NCBI RefSeq assembly: GCF_001194135.2
Contig: NC_068997.1
Span: 8,301,500 to 8,340,051 of the forward strand
From: Octopus bimaculoides
Taxonomy: Eukaryota
DNA: 38,552 nucleotides
Direction of reading: 5' to 3'
The notes beneath the pieces were generated by a model. It was not told the origin of the DNA. It saw only the letters and a program-made list of their open reading frames with translations, and ran no database searches. Positions 10,300 through 22,126 of the stretch are shown in pieces. Every line of letters starts with the position of its first letter. Within the stretch, counting starts at the first letter, position 1. Position numbers and translations under genes: made by a program.

Positions 10300-11361
10300 C
10301 CTATCCGAAGAAAATAGTTTCGGGGCGCACTAGGTGATTCCCGACTCTATTTTTTATAGGAATACCTATTACTTTTATATCTAAAACATAAATAAGTACC
10401 TTAACAAAGAGATTGGAAAAACAAAAAAAAAAAAAAACGAAGCAAAAATTAAATTGGATAATATATCGTAGACTTTTTAAAAGCCATTTCATACTTACTT
10501 TAAAGTGACTTCTTGCATCACTTGTACTCTCCCGAAATTCTCCTACAATTTAGGAAATAATTCCAGCATAAAAGCGATATAAATTAATAATGCTTTAATC
10601 TGGAACATGAAATCGAGTGGTAACCGTTTTTTTTTTTTTTTTTTTTCTCGATTATTTACCTATTTACTGGCTCTATTTTTTTTTCCAATTGTAAGTGGAT
10701 AAAAAGGGAGTAGCACCAAAATATAAGAATCTTCCAATGTTCTGTCACTGTTGACAAAAAAAAAAAATCCTTGATATTTTGCATAAACAAACTGAAAAAT
10801 CTCAAAAAAAAAAAAAGAAAGAAAAAAGCAAAGTTTTTAATCCAAAGCTTTCGCGGTGACAGTTCCGAATTCCTGATTTCCGTAGACTCGATACTTGCAA
10901 CCATATAAGATAGTAAATAATGAACGAAACTTGTGTTTATCTGTGGGAAGGTCGACTTTATGACGTCTTTTAGATAAAGTATTGCAATACAGTAGGAAAA
11001 GCCACAAGTGCGTGATTGATGATAATAATTTTTTTTTTTTTAGCGGTGAAGCAATCCAATTAATGTTTAGTTTCTATAAAAATAAACTGCATGAGAGATG
11101 ACCTATGGAAACTGTAATTTACCTTTTATAAAAGTATACAAAATAAACATTCGTCAACTTTTTCTTCGTAATGTTTTTCTGCTTACTACTTTGCTGAAAT
11201 CGGGAATTTATATCATACTAATATAGCGTTTCAGAATTGTGTTTTGTTACCGCTCCTTTCATTTCGTCAGCGAAATTATCGGTTTTTACACCGGAACTGA
11301 TGATGTTAAGTTATAAATTGACATTTTGACAACATTCACAACATTATAATCTTTAACAGTG
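10300..11361. promoter_or_regulatory. Putative promoter region (possibly bidirectional)
   Basis: Repeat-free and visibly richer in CpG than its flanks; CRE-like TGACGTCT at 10961-10968; outward-facing splice donors at 11362 (+, G|GTGAGT) and 10498 (-, AA|GTAAGT). No transcript evidence available. Confidence 0.4.
11180..11361 (+). other. Candidate non-coding first exon of the TAX1BP1-like gene (start unknown)
   Basis: The first coding exon has an acceptor 2 nt before its ATG, so an upstream exon is needed. This is the first strong donor (CAGTG|GTGAGT) after the CpG-richer region. Confidence 0.4.
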
Positions 11362-11494
11362 GTGAGTGGTAATGTTTTTCCTTTTTTCTTCTTTCGGTAA
11401 TGTTTCGTTTTTAGAATCAGGAACATCATTTTCAAATGTTTTCACCCAACTGATTTATAGAGTGGTGTTCGGCGCAAAACAGGATGTGTGTTGC

Positions 11495-11830
11495 TATTCA
11501 GTTTCATTTTTAGATTTCTTGCCAATAAAGAGCCGGTTTCTAACTTAGATCCAAGGAATTTCAACATCAACAGAATATTTCTGCGTGTCTGTTTGCATAC
11601 AGCATTTGGATTCAGTGTATGTGCAGATTTTTGTTTTGGTTTTATATATTCTCCTACATATAGTTACATGTCTAGACATGCGCATGTAAGATACTGAACT
11701 TTTGGAAAGTTTTACAAATTCTAACAGTTCCAGTGATGGCTTTTGTTTGTAATTTTCTAAGCATTCTCCATGTAGGCATGTGTGTTTTTGGCGGTTCGGT
11801 TCCTTCGAGCAGATGAAAGACAATGTCTGT
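11495..11830 (-). mobile_element. R4/Dong-like (REL-endonuclease) non-LTR retrotransposon 3' end
   Basis: Reverse strand AITGTVRICKTFQKF plus a 3' UTR homologous to 14841-15000. Confidence 0.65.
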
Positions 11831-12189
11831 TTTACCAGCACATGAAAAAGAATTAAATTATATATATATATATTTATTTTCTGTAAATTGCCGAACACCT
11901 TTAAATCAACTGAGTGAAAACATTTAAAAGGATGTTTCTGATACTTTGGTGGGAGGTGGGTACAATTTTCCGTTGAAACAATTTCAGCAATTTGTAATTT
12001 CTTATGTTTTGACATATTTCTGTGTTATATTTTCAAATACATTTCCGATCTTTCTCTCAATCATGGAAATAAGTAGGGTATTGATAACTTAAGGGTACTC
12101 GAAAATTGATAAGGTTGAAATCGATAAAGTGGTCCTTGACACTTTGAGCCACCTCCTTGAAGAGGTGGACCCTACGACGCCCGCCCATT

Positions 12190-12560
12190 TCTATTATTCT
12201 GTTTCAGTCATTTGAGTGCGGCCATGCTGAAGCACTGCCTTTAGTCGACAAACTGAACCCATGTCTTATTCTTTGTACCTAGTAGTTATTCTATCGGTCC
12301 TCTTTTGCCGAAGCGCTAGGTTACGGGAACGTAAACACACCAGCATCGGTTGTCAAGTGATGGTGGGGGACAAACACAGATACACAAATACATTCATATA
12401 TATATATATATATACACACACACATACGACGAACATTTTTTTTCTTTCAAATCTACTCACAAGGCTTTGATCGACCCAAGGTTATAGTAGAAGACACTTG
12501 CCCAAAGTACCACGTAGCGAGACTGAACCGGAACCATGTGGTTGGTAGCAAGCTACTTCA
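12190..12560 (-). mobile_element. tRNA-derived SINE family A
   Basis: Homologous to 16272-16687, 23181-23570 and 25039-25529, with a central (TA/CA)n tract. Confidence 0.8.
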
Positions 12561-12659
12561 TTTCATTAACGATTTGCCATGAAGGCATTACAAAGAGGGG
12601 ACAGACAAACATAAAGGGTGTAGTAGCTGCTATTTAGCGATTAAACACAAAAATATAAT

Positions 12660-12960
12660 TAATATATTACTAGTTTTCTTATTCGGCGTTGTTCATTACG
12701 ATTTGTAATGGCTGCTCTGAAGGACAGGCATCCGACCACCAGGGTAGACCCCTTGCTTGTTCCTCCCTTTTCTGGCTTTCACTTACCTGGAGTCAGATAC
12801 TCCCAGCTTTCTCGCCACAGGCTTCCATCTTCTCATCAATCTCTCTCGTGACAGGCACCCCTTCTCTAGCCTGATCTTAATCCTGAGGTGGTAACTAAAA
12901 AAGTTAACCAACTCCTGGCCAGATACAACGGTACCCGTCACTATGCCTCTCACACGCGTC
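12660..12960 (-). mobile_element. L1/Tx1-like LINE ORF2 C-terminal remnant
   Basis: Reverse strand GQELVNFFSYHLRIKIRLEKGCLSRERLMRRWKPVARKLGVSDSR*, resembling the L..FF...L..KIR.E...L....F..RW end of Tx1-like ORF2. Confidence 0.5.
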
Positions 12961-13436
12961 TTCCATATTGTTTCTTTCAGTATGGCTACTACGCAGGAAA
13001 AGCAACCACACGGCCACTCTTGCGCCTATTACTTTCTTCTATTATTATTACTAATTCATCATTGGACTGTGACAATATTTGGTGTTTTTTATGGTTTTAA
13101 TCAATTACATTGAACCAAGCATGTCTAGTATTTTGTTCTTCCGATCTTTGTCGAGTCACTAAGTTCGTGACACATTCTATAATTTACATACACCGATATG
13201 TACACACACACGCACACATATACGTATATATATATATATNNNNNNNNNNNNNNNNNNNNNNNNNNNNNNNNNNNNNNNNNNNNNNNNNNNNNNNNNNNNN
13301 NNNNNNNNNNNNNNNNNNNNNNNNNNNNNNNNNNNNNNNNNNNNNNNNNNNNNNNNNNNNNNNNNNNNNNNNNNNNNNNNNNNNNNNNNNNNNNNNNNNN
13401 NNNNNNNNNNNNNNNNNNNNNNNNNNNNNNNNNNNN

Positions 13437-13476
<40 letters not shown>

Positions 13477-13639
13477 GAAATAATAAATTTCTAAATCTCT
13501 CAGAGGGAAGGGGGAGTAGATAAATAGACACAGACATGACGGGTGTCCGCAAAATTATCGGTTGCTTCAGGTACCCGTTCTACGACAAACTAACTATTGA
13601 GTCACGTCCTGCAAAACGAACTCCTCACACATACATGTT

Positions 13640-14330
13640 TTGATACGTGACAGTTGCCGGGCTGCATTTTTTTTTCTTTTTTCGGTGGTCTTTTTCTATT
13701 TTCTGTTTGGCGGTCTGCTTTGAATACTTTGAGGGAAAGAAACTAAAATATTCGAGATGCATATTTTCCCCAGCTGGAGAGTGTGTGAGAGAGAGAGAAG
13801 TGACTACACGCATTGTATAGTTCGACAAGTATTTTATATTGTAAACAATTTCTGCCTTGTCGAACTTCCATCTTTCCACTCGCTTTTGCCTCTTTTATTC
13901 ATTCATTCCTTTCATGTCACCGCGTGTTGGCCACATTTCTCTTGTTTTCATTTTCATCTCGCACTCCCGTCTACTCATATCTCATCTCATCCACACCTTC
14001 CTCACACACCCACACACAACCTACACTACTGTACTTGTGCACTTGCTGGCTTATAAACACGTACACTCACCAAAAATGTCACACATACCACTCCCTCTCA
14101 TATATTTGTCTCTAAAAACGGATACACTCTGATACTTGTAAATATGCATCCACCTCTCTTCTCCTCACATTCCCACCTGACCCCTTGTCCGTTTCCCCCT
14201 CCCCTCTCATTGAATTTTCCTCTTCCTCAGTATCCTATGCTTTTCTGTTTCTCCTGACGAAAGATTAACATCGGAAACATTTAAGATTTTTTTTTTCTCT
14301 TCCTTTTCAGCATTGAATTTACACAGCATT
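13640..14330 (+). mobile_element. Pyrimidine-rich repeat, possibly a Penelope-like terminal repeat
   Basis: CT/CA-rich tract partly duplicated at 10069-10207; hammerhead-like CTGACGA(14254-14260)...GAT-TAAC-ATC...GAAAC(14274-14278) near its end. No RT or GIY-YIG coding remnant seen. Confidence 0.3.
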
Positions 14331-14840
14331 TGATAAATCGTTCCTCCTGTGTTGTTTGTTTTATTGTTTATTGCATTTACAATATATCACCACCACCACC
14401 ACCACCATCATCATCATCATNNNNNNNNNNNNNNNNNNNNNNNNNNNNNNNNNNNNNNNNNNNNNNNNNNNNNNNNNNNNNNNNNNNNNNNNNNNNNNNN
14501 NNNNNNNNNNNNNNNNNNNNNNNNNNNNNNNNNNNNNNNNNNNNNNNNNNNNNNNNNNNNNNNNNNNNNNNNNNNNNNNNNNNNNNNNNNNNNNNNNNNN
14601 NNNNNNNNNNNNNNNNNNNNNNNNNNNNNNNNNNNNNNNNNNNNNNNNNNNNNNNNNNNNNNNNNNNNNNNNNNNNNNNNNNNNNNNNNNNNNNNNNNNN
14701 NNNNNNNNNNNNNNNNNNNNNNNNNNNNNNNNNNNNNNNNNNNNNNNNNNNNNNNNNNNNNNNNNNNNNNNNNNNNNNNNNNNNNNNNNNNNNNNNNNNN
14801 NNNNNNNNNNNNNNNNNNNNNNNNNNNNNNNNNNNNNNNA

Positions 14841-15540
14841 TTTTTGTCTCTATGCATGTATGTATATGTGCAGATTTCTATGTTTTACTTTATGTATGTA
14901 GTTACATGTATATAGTTGCATATCTAGACTTGCTCATATATATTTAAATGATGAAATTCTGGAAAGTTTTACAGTTCCAGTGATGGCTTGGTTCTGTAGT
15001 CTTTGAATCAGTTTTCTCCTTTCTGGTTTTGAGAAGCCCAACTTATCAAGATTGGTATTTAGGCAGTGTGTTACACATCCCAGGGCCCCAATAATTACAG
15101 GTGTAAACCTGAACTTGTAATCTGGATAGAGTAACCGTAGATTTCTCAGTAGTTCAGTGTAGGTGTTCTGTTTCACTGATCTTCAGCTTTATATTAACAT
15201 CCGCTGGACACCTGATTTCCAAAACTGTACACAGTTTCTCTTCTCTATCCCAAATCATTATATCAGGTCTATTGTGTTTACACTTTATTGAGCTTTTCAC
15301 TGGGACATTCCACCAGTACTCCTTTTTTTATTATGAGTGACTACGGCTTTCACCGTACTGTGGGTTCTTATTTGTCCTTGGGGTTGCCCCTTCGACAGAT
15401 CTCATTATACAGTGTCTTAGCTACAACATCATGTCTCAGTAGATAATACTGTGATGACATTTTTGGACAACTGCTTATGACATGAGTGATATCTTCAGTG
15501 TTACCTCTACAAAGTCTGCTTTGTTTGTTTGTGTTTTAGT
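14841..15540 (-). mobile_element. R4/Dong-like non-LTR retrotransposon 3' fragment (CCHC knuckle + REL endonuclease)
   Basis: Reverse strand (C>S)RLCRGNTEDITHVISSCPKMSSQYYLLRHDVVAKTLY..., KEYWWNVPV...HNRPDIMIWD...LEIRCPAD..., YTELLRNLRLLYPDYKFRFTPVIIGALG, with stops and frameshifts. Confidence 0.85.
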
Positions 15541-16271
15541 TAGTACATATGAATGAATGAATGGGGTCAGTTGGTTGAGTTAAAGTGATGTGTAAAGTAA
15601 CAGAATCACATGGTTGCAGCATTGGCAATGATCTTTTCTCTACCTATAAATAAACTGAAGCAACTGGACTTTCTATTCAGAAAGTGAATTAATTACCATA
15701 CTAAATGAATACATATTATTTTGTTTATCAACTTTGAAAGAATGAAAGGCAAAGTTGACATTGGAGTATTTTGAACTGTGTGCCGATAGCCAGAACAATC
15801 ACTCTACACCGATTGCTCTGGCTTTGGCAGTAATTGTTCTCGTTATCTCCACACACACAGTTCAAAATACTTCAATGCCAACAAAATAAATATGTATTAG
15901 TATTGTAATTGATTCATGTTCTGAATTGAAATTCCAGTTGCTACAATTTATTAAAGGTAGAAAAAAGTATCATCACCAATGCTGCAACCATGTGATTTTG
16001 TTATTGGTTCCTTGGACACGTGTCTTCTACTATAGTCTCAAGCCCTGTGAACAAATTCGATTGACAGAAACTGTGAAAGCCTGTGATGTGTGTGTGTGAT
16101 TATTTTCCCACCATCTGACAACTGGGGTTGGTTTCTTTGACTAAACCCTTCAAGGTGGTGCCCCAGCATTGACCACAGACCAATGATTAAAGTAAGTAAA
16201 AGTTAAAAGATAGTCTTTAAATGATATGTTACACACACAAACAAAAGCAAATCTCTTTGTAAACACATGCT

Positions 16272-16687
16272 CTTTTACTCTTTTACTTGTTTCAGTCTTT
16301 TGACTGTGGCCATGCTGGAGCACCGCCTTTAGTCGAGCAAATCGACCCCAGGACTTATTCTTTGGAAGCCTAGTACTTATTCTATCAGTCTCTTTTGCCA
16401 AGCTGCTAAGTTATGGGGACGTAAACACACCAGCATCAGTTGTCAAGCTATGTTGGGGGGACAAACACAGACACGCAAACATATACACATACATACACAT
16501 ATATATATATATACATATATACGACGGGCTTCTTTCAGTTTCCGTCTAGCAAATCCACTCACAAGGCTTTGGTCGGCCCGAGACTATAGTAGAAGACACT
16601 TGCCCAAGGTGCCACGCAGTGGGACCGAACCCGGAACCATGTGGTTGGTAAGCAAGCTACTACTTACCACACAGCCACTGCTACGCC
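16272..16687 (-). mobile_element. tRNA-derived SINE family A, young full-length copy
   Basis: Reverse: GGCGTAGCAGTGGCTGTGTGGTAAG...GGTTCGGTCCC head, GGCACCTTGGGCAAGTGTCTTC CORE-like segment, (AAAGAGT)n tail. Confidence 0.85.
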
Positions 16688-17445
16688 ACTCCACTCATGC
16701 ACATTAAAAAGTGGAAAGTAGCTCTAAACACTCTCCCTTTTTTATTTATTTAATTTTCTTTTGGCAATGTGAATCTATAGTGTTGAAAACAAAAATCCAA
16801 GGACGTTTTTTTTTCCGTTTTTTTTTTCGAAGCATAGTTACAAAAAAATTGGGCTGGGCAATTGTTTACTTATTTATACTTTGATAATTTGGTTTGTAAT
16901 TAAGACGTTATTCTTGTTACTGAATTTTTGTGTTGTTGAATTAAGTTCAAATTTTCCAATTTAGTCCTATGTTTATTTAATGCTACACTGTGAACCATTA
17001 GTACCGTTGTTACATGTAGTGATTCCTTTTGAGTCTCTGGGTAGGCTATGAATGTAGCATCAAACTCTTCAGAGTTTGTTGATGTTCATTTTCATGTGGT
17101 TCTAAGATGGAATATAAATTGAGGCTATCTTCTTGTTTACTGTGTCATGTTTATTTTTAGAAAAGAACTTTTCTTTTGACCTTTGAACTTCCTACCTGTA
17201 ATCATTACCTGTAATTCTGTGCTTTATTGCAGTCTTTTACCTTTTGGTTTCACCAATCTTTTATATCTCAGTTTGTCTACTTTGACCAACAGTTCTCAAC
17301 TCTCCCTACCAACCATTATTTATATATTTATATGCGAAGGTGGATGGCTTAGTGGATTGGGTAGAGGTATACTTTTGTAAACTCTTGTACAACATTTTAA
17401 TTTATGGATGTTGATATGATCAAGTTGATTCACGCAAGTCAAAAT

Positions 17446-17650
17446 TTAACCCTTTAGCAATTAAACAGGCCATATCCAGCCTAAAATTTTCTACCTGTTC
17501 TATGTTCAAACTGACCAGATCTGGTCTCTCACACCGATCTAACAATGTCATTCAAAACATAAACATTCACATCATTGAAACCTCAAAGCTACAAAGTAAT
17601 GCATAATTAATTCAAAGCAGTCTGAGTGAATAAGTATTACATTTGACAGA
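17446..17650. mobile_element. piggyBac-like MITE family D, truncated
   Basis: Starts TTAACCCTTTAGCA; reverse homolog of 2671-2889. Confidence 0.6.
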
Positions 17651-17951
17651 GTGTAGTGGGTGCTTTTACATGCCAGCGGCACGAAGGCCAGTCAGGCAGT
17701 GCTGGCAACGGCCACGCTCAAAATGGTGTATTTTACGTGCCACCAGCACAAGTGCCAGGAAGGTGATGCTGGTAACGATCGCGCTCAAATGGTGCTATTT
17801 ACGTGCCACTGGCATGGAAACCAGACAGCTACTCTTACAACGATCACGCTCAGACGGTGCTCTTAGCGCTCCAAGGTGCCACGCAGTGGGACCGAACCCG
17901 GAACCATGTGGTTGGTAAGCAAGCTACTTACCACACAGCCACTGCTACGCC
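17646..17951 (-). mobile_element. Composite SINE remnant: family-B internal repeats plus family-A head
   Basis: Family-B units at 17646-17870; head 17871-17951 essentially identical to 16604-16687. Confidence 0.7.
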
Positions 17952-18177
17952 ACTCCACTCATGCACATTAAAAAGTGGAAAGTAGCTCTAAACACTCTCC
18001 CTTTTTTATTTATTTAATTTTCTTTTGGCAATGTGAATCTATAGTGTTGATTCACGATTTCGCTTTCATGTATATATATATATTTCTACAGCTGGGTGCC
18101 TTTCCTAACACCAACCACTATGTATACATATATGATGTATTTATTTATTTTTTCTTTTTTCTTTTAATTTTACAGTT

Positions 18178-18466
18178 ATGAGTACTGGCAGAACTGAAAT
18201 CAACATGGCTACTGGTGAAATTAGTTTCAGGCATTCAGATTTTGCTGTTGTCGTATTCCCGTCTATGCCCGAAACTTATCCCACTGATGCCCATATTGAA
18301 TGCCATTATACAATCACTTCTGACTATCACCCATCAAACAGAGATTGGGTCGGCTTATATAAAGTCGGCTGGATTTCCTCACACAACTACATCTATTATG
18401 AGTGGTGTACCCCTCTCAAGGATTATAAAACAGGAAAAGAATTCGAAGGCAACATACTCTTTCCAT
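18178..18466 (+). CDS. TAX1BP1: Coding exon 1 (SKICH N-half)
   Basis: TTTTACAG|TT ATG; MSTG...DFAVVVF...DWVGLYKVGW...NILFP; donor T|GTAAGT, phase 1. A second ATG at 18205 has a stronger Kozak context. Confidence 0.95.
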
Positions 18467-19241
18467 GTAAGTTTCGAAACATTGGTTTTAACTACATACT
18501 TACACACTATAAATACTAACAATGTCTTATGATATGTAATTTTGTCATTCAATGATTTGAGTTCAAATTTTATTAACTTTATCTCTTCCTTCAGGTGGCC
18601 TCTACCACAAAGAGTAGTAACATGCATGTATATTATTTTAGATGTGTACATGGAGGCATGTAGCCTAATGGCTAGAATGTTGGACTTACTGTTGTTAGTT
18701 TTGTGGGTTCGATTCCAAGACATGCATCCTGTTGCATCATTGAGCAGGGCACCTCATTTCATGTGGTTCCAACTGACTCGGCTAAAAATGAATACAAGTA
18801 GCAGCTGGTCTTGCATTCAGTTTTGTAACATAGTTTTGTAATTTCATTTGCTTAAATGCCTCAGAAATTGAGAAAGCCACTAACCTAATAAGCCCGTAAG
18901 CTTGAGACAGACTTTAATTTAGCTTAATGTATACATTTATAATACACATATTTTGTGTGTGTAGATAGAGATGTATAATATATTTGTTTTATGTGTATGT
19001 ATATACATGCATAATATGTGCTTTCACACACATGTATGTGTGTGTCTCTGTGTGTGTAATATATGTATAGATTGTTTGAAGTGATGTTCAGACTTTATAT
19101 ATTAAGATAAAGGAGGTAGTCAGAATTTTGGATAATTCTTTATTAGCACTTTCATCTCTTCACGGAGACATCTGAAGATTCTGTATGAATTGATGAAACC
19201 GCTAATAAAGAATTGTCCAAAATTTTGTCTACCTCCTTTTT

Positions 19242-19278
<37 letters not shown>

Positions 19279-19335
19279 GGGATAAAATCCAAAATTACAG
19301 GTAAAAACTCAATTAAAATCAATTTATTAAAATTA

Positions 19336-19367
<32 letters not shown>

Positions 19368-21901
19368 GTACTTTTTTCTTTTTTACATCTTTTTGCAGCA
19401 CATCAAATGCCGGGAGATGATGGGGAGTTTTACCAGTTCTGTTATGTTGCATCAACAGGGCAAGTAAAAGGAGCAAGTACACCTTTTCAATTCAAGAAAC
19501 CGCGAGCTGATGACTTTGTTGAAATGTTAGATGATGAGAACGATATGTTGGTAATCCATTCCAAAACATTTGTCATGGAAGAGAACCTGAGGAAAGCAGA
19601 GGTGGAGAAAAGTACACTTTTAGAGGTGAGAGTCCTGATCACCTGAATTTAATCATACTTGTGCTTTTTGTGTTGGTAAGATTCAATTCAGTGAGAAACC
19701 AAATTGTATTTATAGAGATGGAAGGGCAAAAAATATCCAGCATTTTTGATAGAGCCCTTCAGGAGAGACATTTGGGAAATTTTTTTTTACATTTAATATT
19801 AAATAATTTTTAGCTCACTATTTAGAGTCCATGTTATGTGAAAATGGTTACATTACTTCTCTTTTATTTTCTATTTTGTCCATTCCTCATTTGCCATTAG
19901 ACAGGGAATCGGCATGGTTATTAGAACGTCAGCTAAAAGACATTTCAGTATTTATTTCAGCTTTCTGCATCTTGAATTCAGATCTGGTTAAAGTCTACTC
20001 TACCTTCTGGGATTAATGTAGAAAGTACCAGTCTAGGGCAATGGACTTGTGGAAACATAGCAATGAATGAAATGCCTTGTGGTATTTGTTCCAGATCTTT
20101 GCATTCTGAGTTCAAATCTTACTGTAGCCGACTTGGTTGGTAGACTTAAGCCATTACTCAACATAACACCACCACATAGGGCTTGAGGGTCTTTAACAGA
20201 GTCCACTTTTTGCAAGCATTAAGGACAGGTTCCTTGAGGGAACTTCAGCCTTCAGAGATCCTCTGTTTGCTGTTGTTTATTCAGTCCCAGGTGAACTTAG
20301 TTCAAGAAAACCTATGACAAGAATGAGCATTCTATTTGTTACCATTTTTTTTTTTTATTTAGTATGTGAGGGACTACATCGTCCAATGTATCCTTCTGTA
20401 TTCAAGATGGTAGGCTGTGATTCGAGAGAGATTTGGTTACTATTTGGTTTTCGGACTTGGTTGAAACATTAGGGCCAGGTTTTCATTTTGAGAATACTTT
20501 CCTTCCTCCTTTGCACCAGTCTTGAAACCCCTGAAAAAGCCCATGACTCAGTTTAGTTGACGTAACTGGAGTAGTTTTCCCACTTGCTAACTTTGTGAAG
20601 TGGGTTGTCAGAGGTAGATAACTAAGATGATCTGTTGTGTTTTTGATTTCATTTTGGATTAGGAAGCAAATTTAGAGGCTTTAAGTACAGGGAATCTGAT
20701 TTTAGACCCGCTTTGGTTAAGGAGAGGGAGTTAAAAAGATTTGGCAATGTTTGTAGAGATCCTTTTGAGATAAAGCCAGAAAGCTCAACCAAAAGTATCA
20801 AGTATATTAGAATAATACTCACCAACCGTATTCATTTTGCCAACCTGTCCTTTAACCAAGACCAGTGGTTTTTCATTAGATATAATCAATCTGGACAGCA
20901 AAACAGCTTTACAACAAAGTTTGTGCTTCTGAGTGTTCAGTTGGCTACATTCATGTCTGATTCACTTGAGTACAATTGATAAGATGTTTCACTATCTACA
21001 GTTAAGGTCAAACTTATGAAAGAAACCTGCTACTGTACATCCCTTTCCCTCACTATACAATCCATCTAATCATACCATCTATCGTCCTGTTGTCTCACTT
21101 ATGTCTCAAGGGTAATGGAAACAGACATAAACAATGATGCTCTATAACAGCTTGAATCTCTCTCTCTCTCTCTCTCACAAGAACATTCTTCTCTCAGAAT
21201 GGCTTCCATAAAGTCTACTAGAGACCTAATTTTTTTGTATTCACCAGTGGACACCATTTGGTGAAAGCAAAGTTGTTGCCCTAGACATTAGCAAAGGTTA
21301 TGACCATGTCTGACATGTGAATCTATCAAAAAATTTCTATCTACAAACTTTTTCCATTTATGATCTCTTGGAACAGTAGCTTCATATTAGATCACACCAT
21401 TACAAGTGTCTTGACAGTTTTTTTTTTTTTTTTTTTTTTTTGCTTCTTAAAAAAAACAAACAACCTAATTTGTGTTTTTGTTTTCTTTAAGGACATTGAA
21501 GAATACAAGACAAGAATCTCAACTTTGATGATTAAAGTTTCCCAACTAGAAAAAGAAACTGAAGAAGAACTGAAAAGCAAAATGGCAGTGACTGAAGATC
21601 TGAGAACAGCTTGTGTTAAAATCAAGGAGTTAGGAAAGGACATCTCTGATGCAGAAGCAAAACTCCAGCAGTTGTCATCAGAACTTGAGGATGTTAATGA
21701 AGTGAGTTTGCATTCATCCATTCATTCATTCATTCATCCATCGTTGGAAAAAATAATTCTCTTTCTTCTTGTAATGATTCCTCATAGTAACTGTTGTCTG
21801 GTCACTTTTGCTGAACTGCATAAAGTGTTAAGGGAACTTTATCATGGACAACGCAGCACTAGCAATAAGTACAAAACCTTGACCCTTTGAAGAGAATACC
21901 A

Positions 21902-21940
<39 letters not shown>

Positions 21941-21949
21941 TTCTCTCTC

Positions 21950-21998
<49 letters not shown>

Positions 21999-22054
21999 NN
22001 NNNNNNNNNNNNNNNNNNNNNNNNNNNNNNNNNNNNNNNNNNNNNNNNNNNNNN

Positions 22055-22126
<72 letters not shown>

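Noticed and set aside
10499-10608. Signal-peptide-like MFQIKALLIYIAFMLELFPKL as the start of a divergent gene
   Set aside because: It stops (TAG) before the donor at 10498; continuing would need an unsupported frameshift.
11545-12015. 156-aa minus-strand ORF as a gene
   Set aside because: It crosses an R4/Dong-like remnant in the wrong frame and a (TA)n tract, with no splice or domain support.
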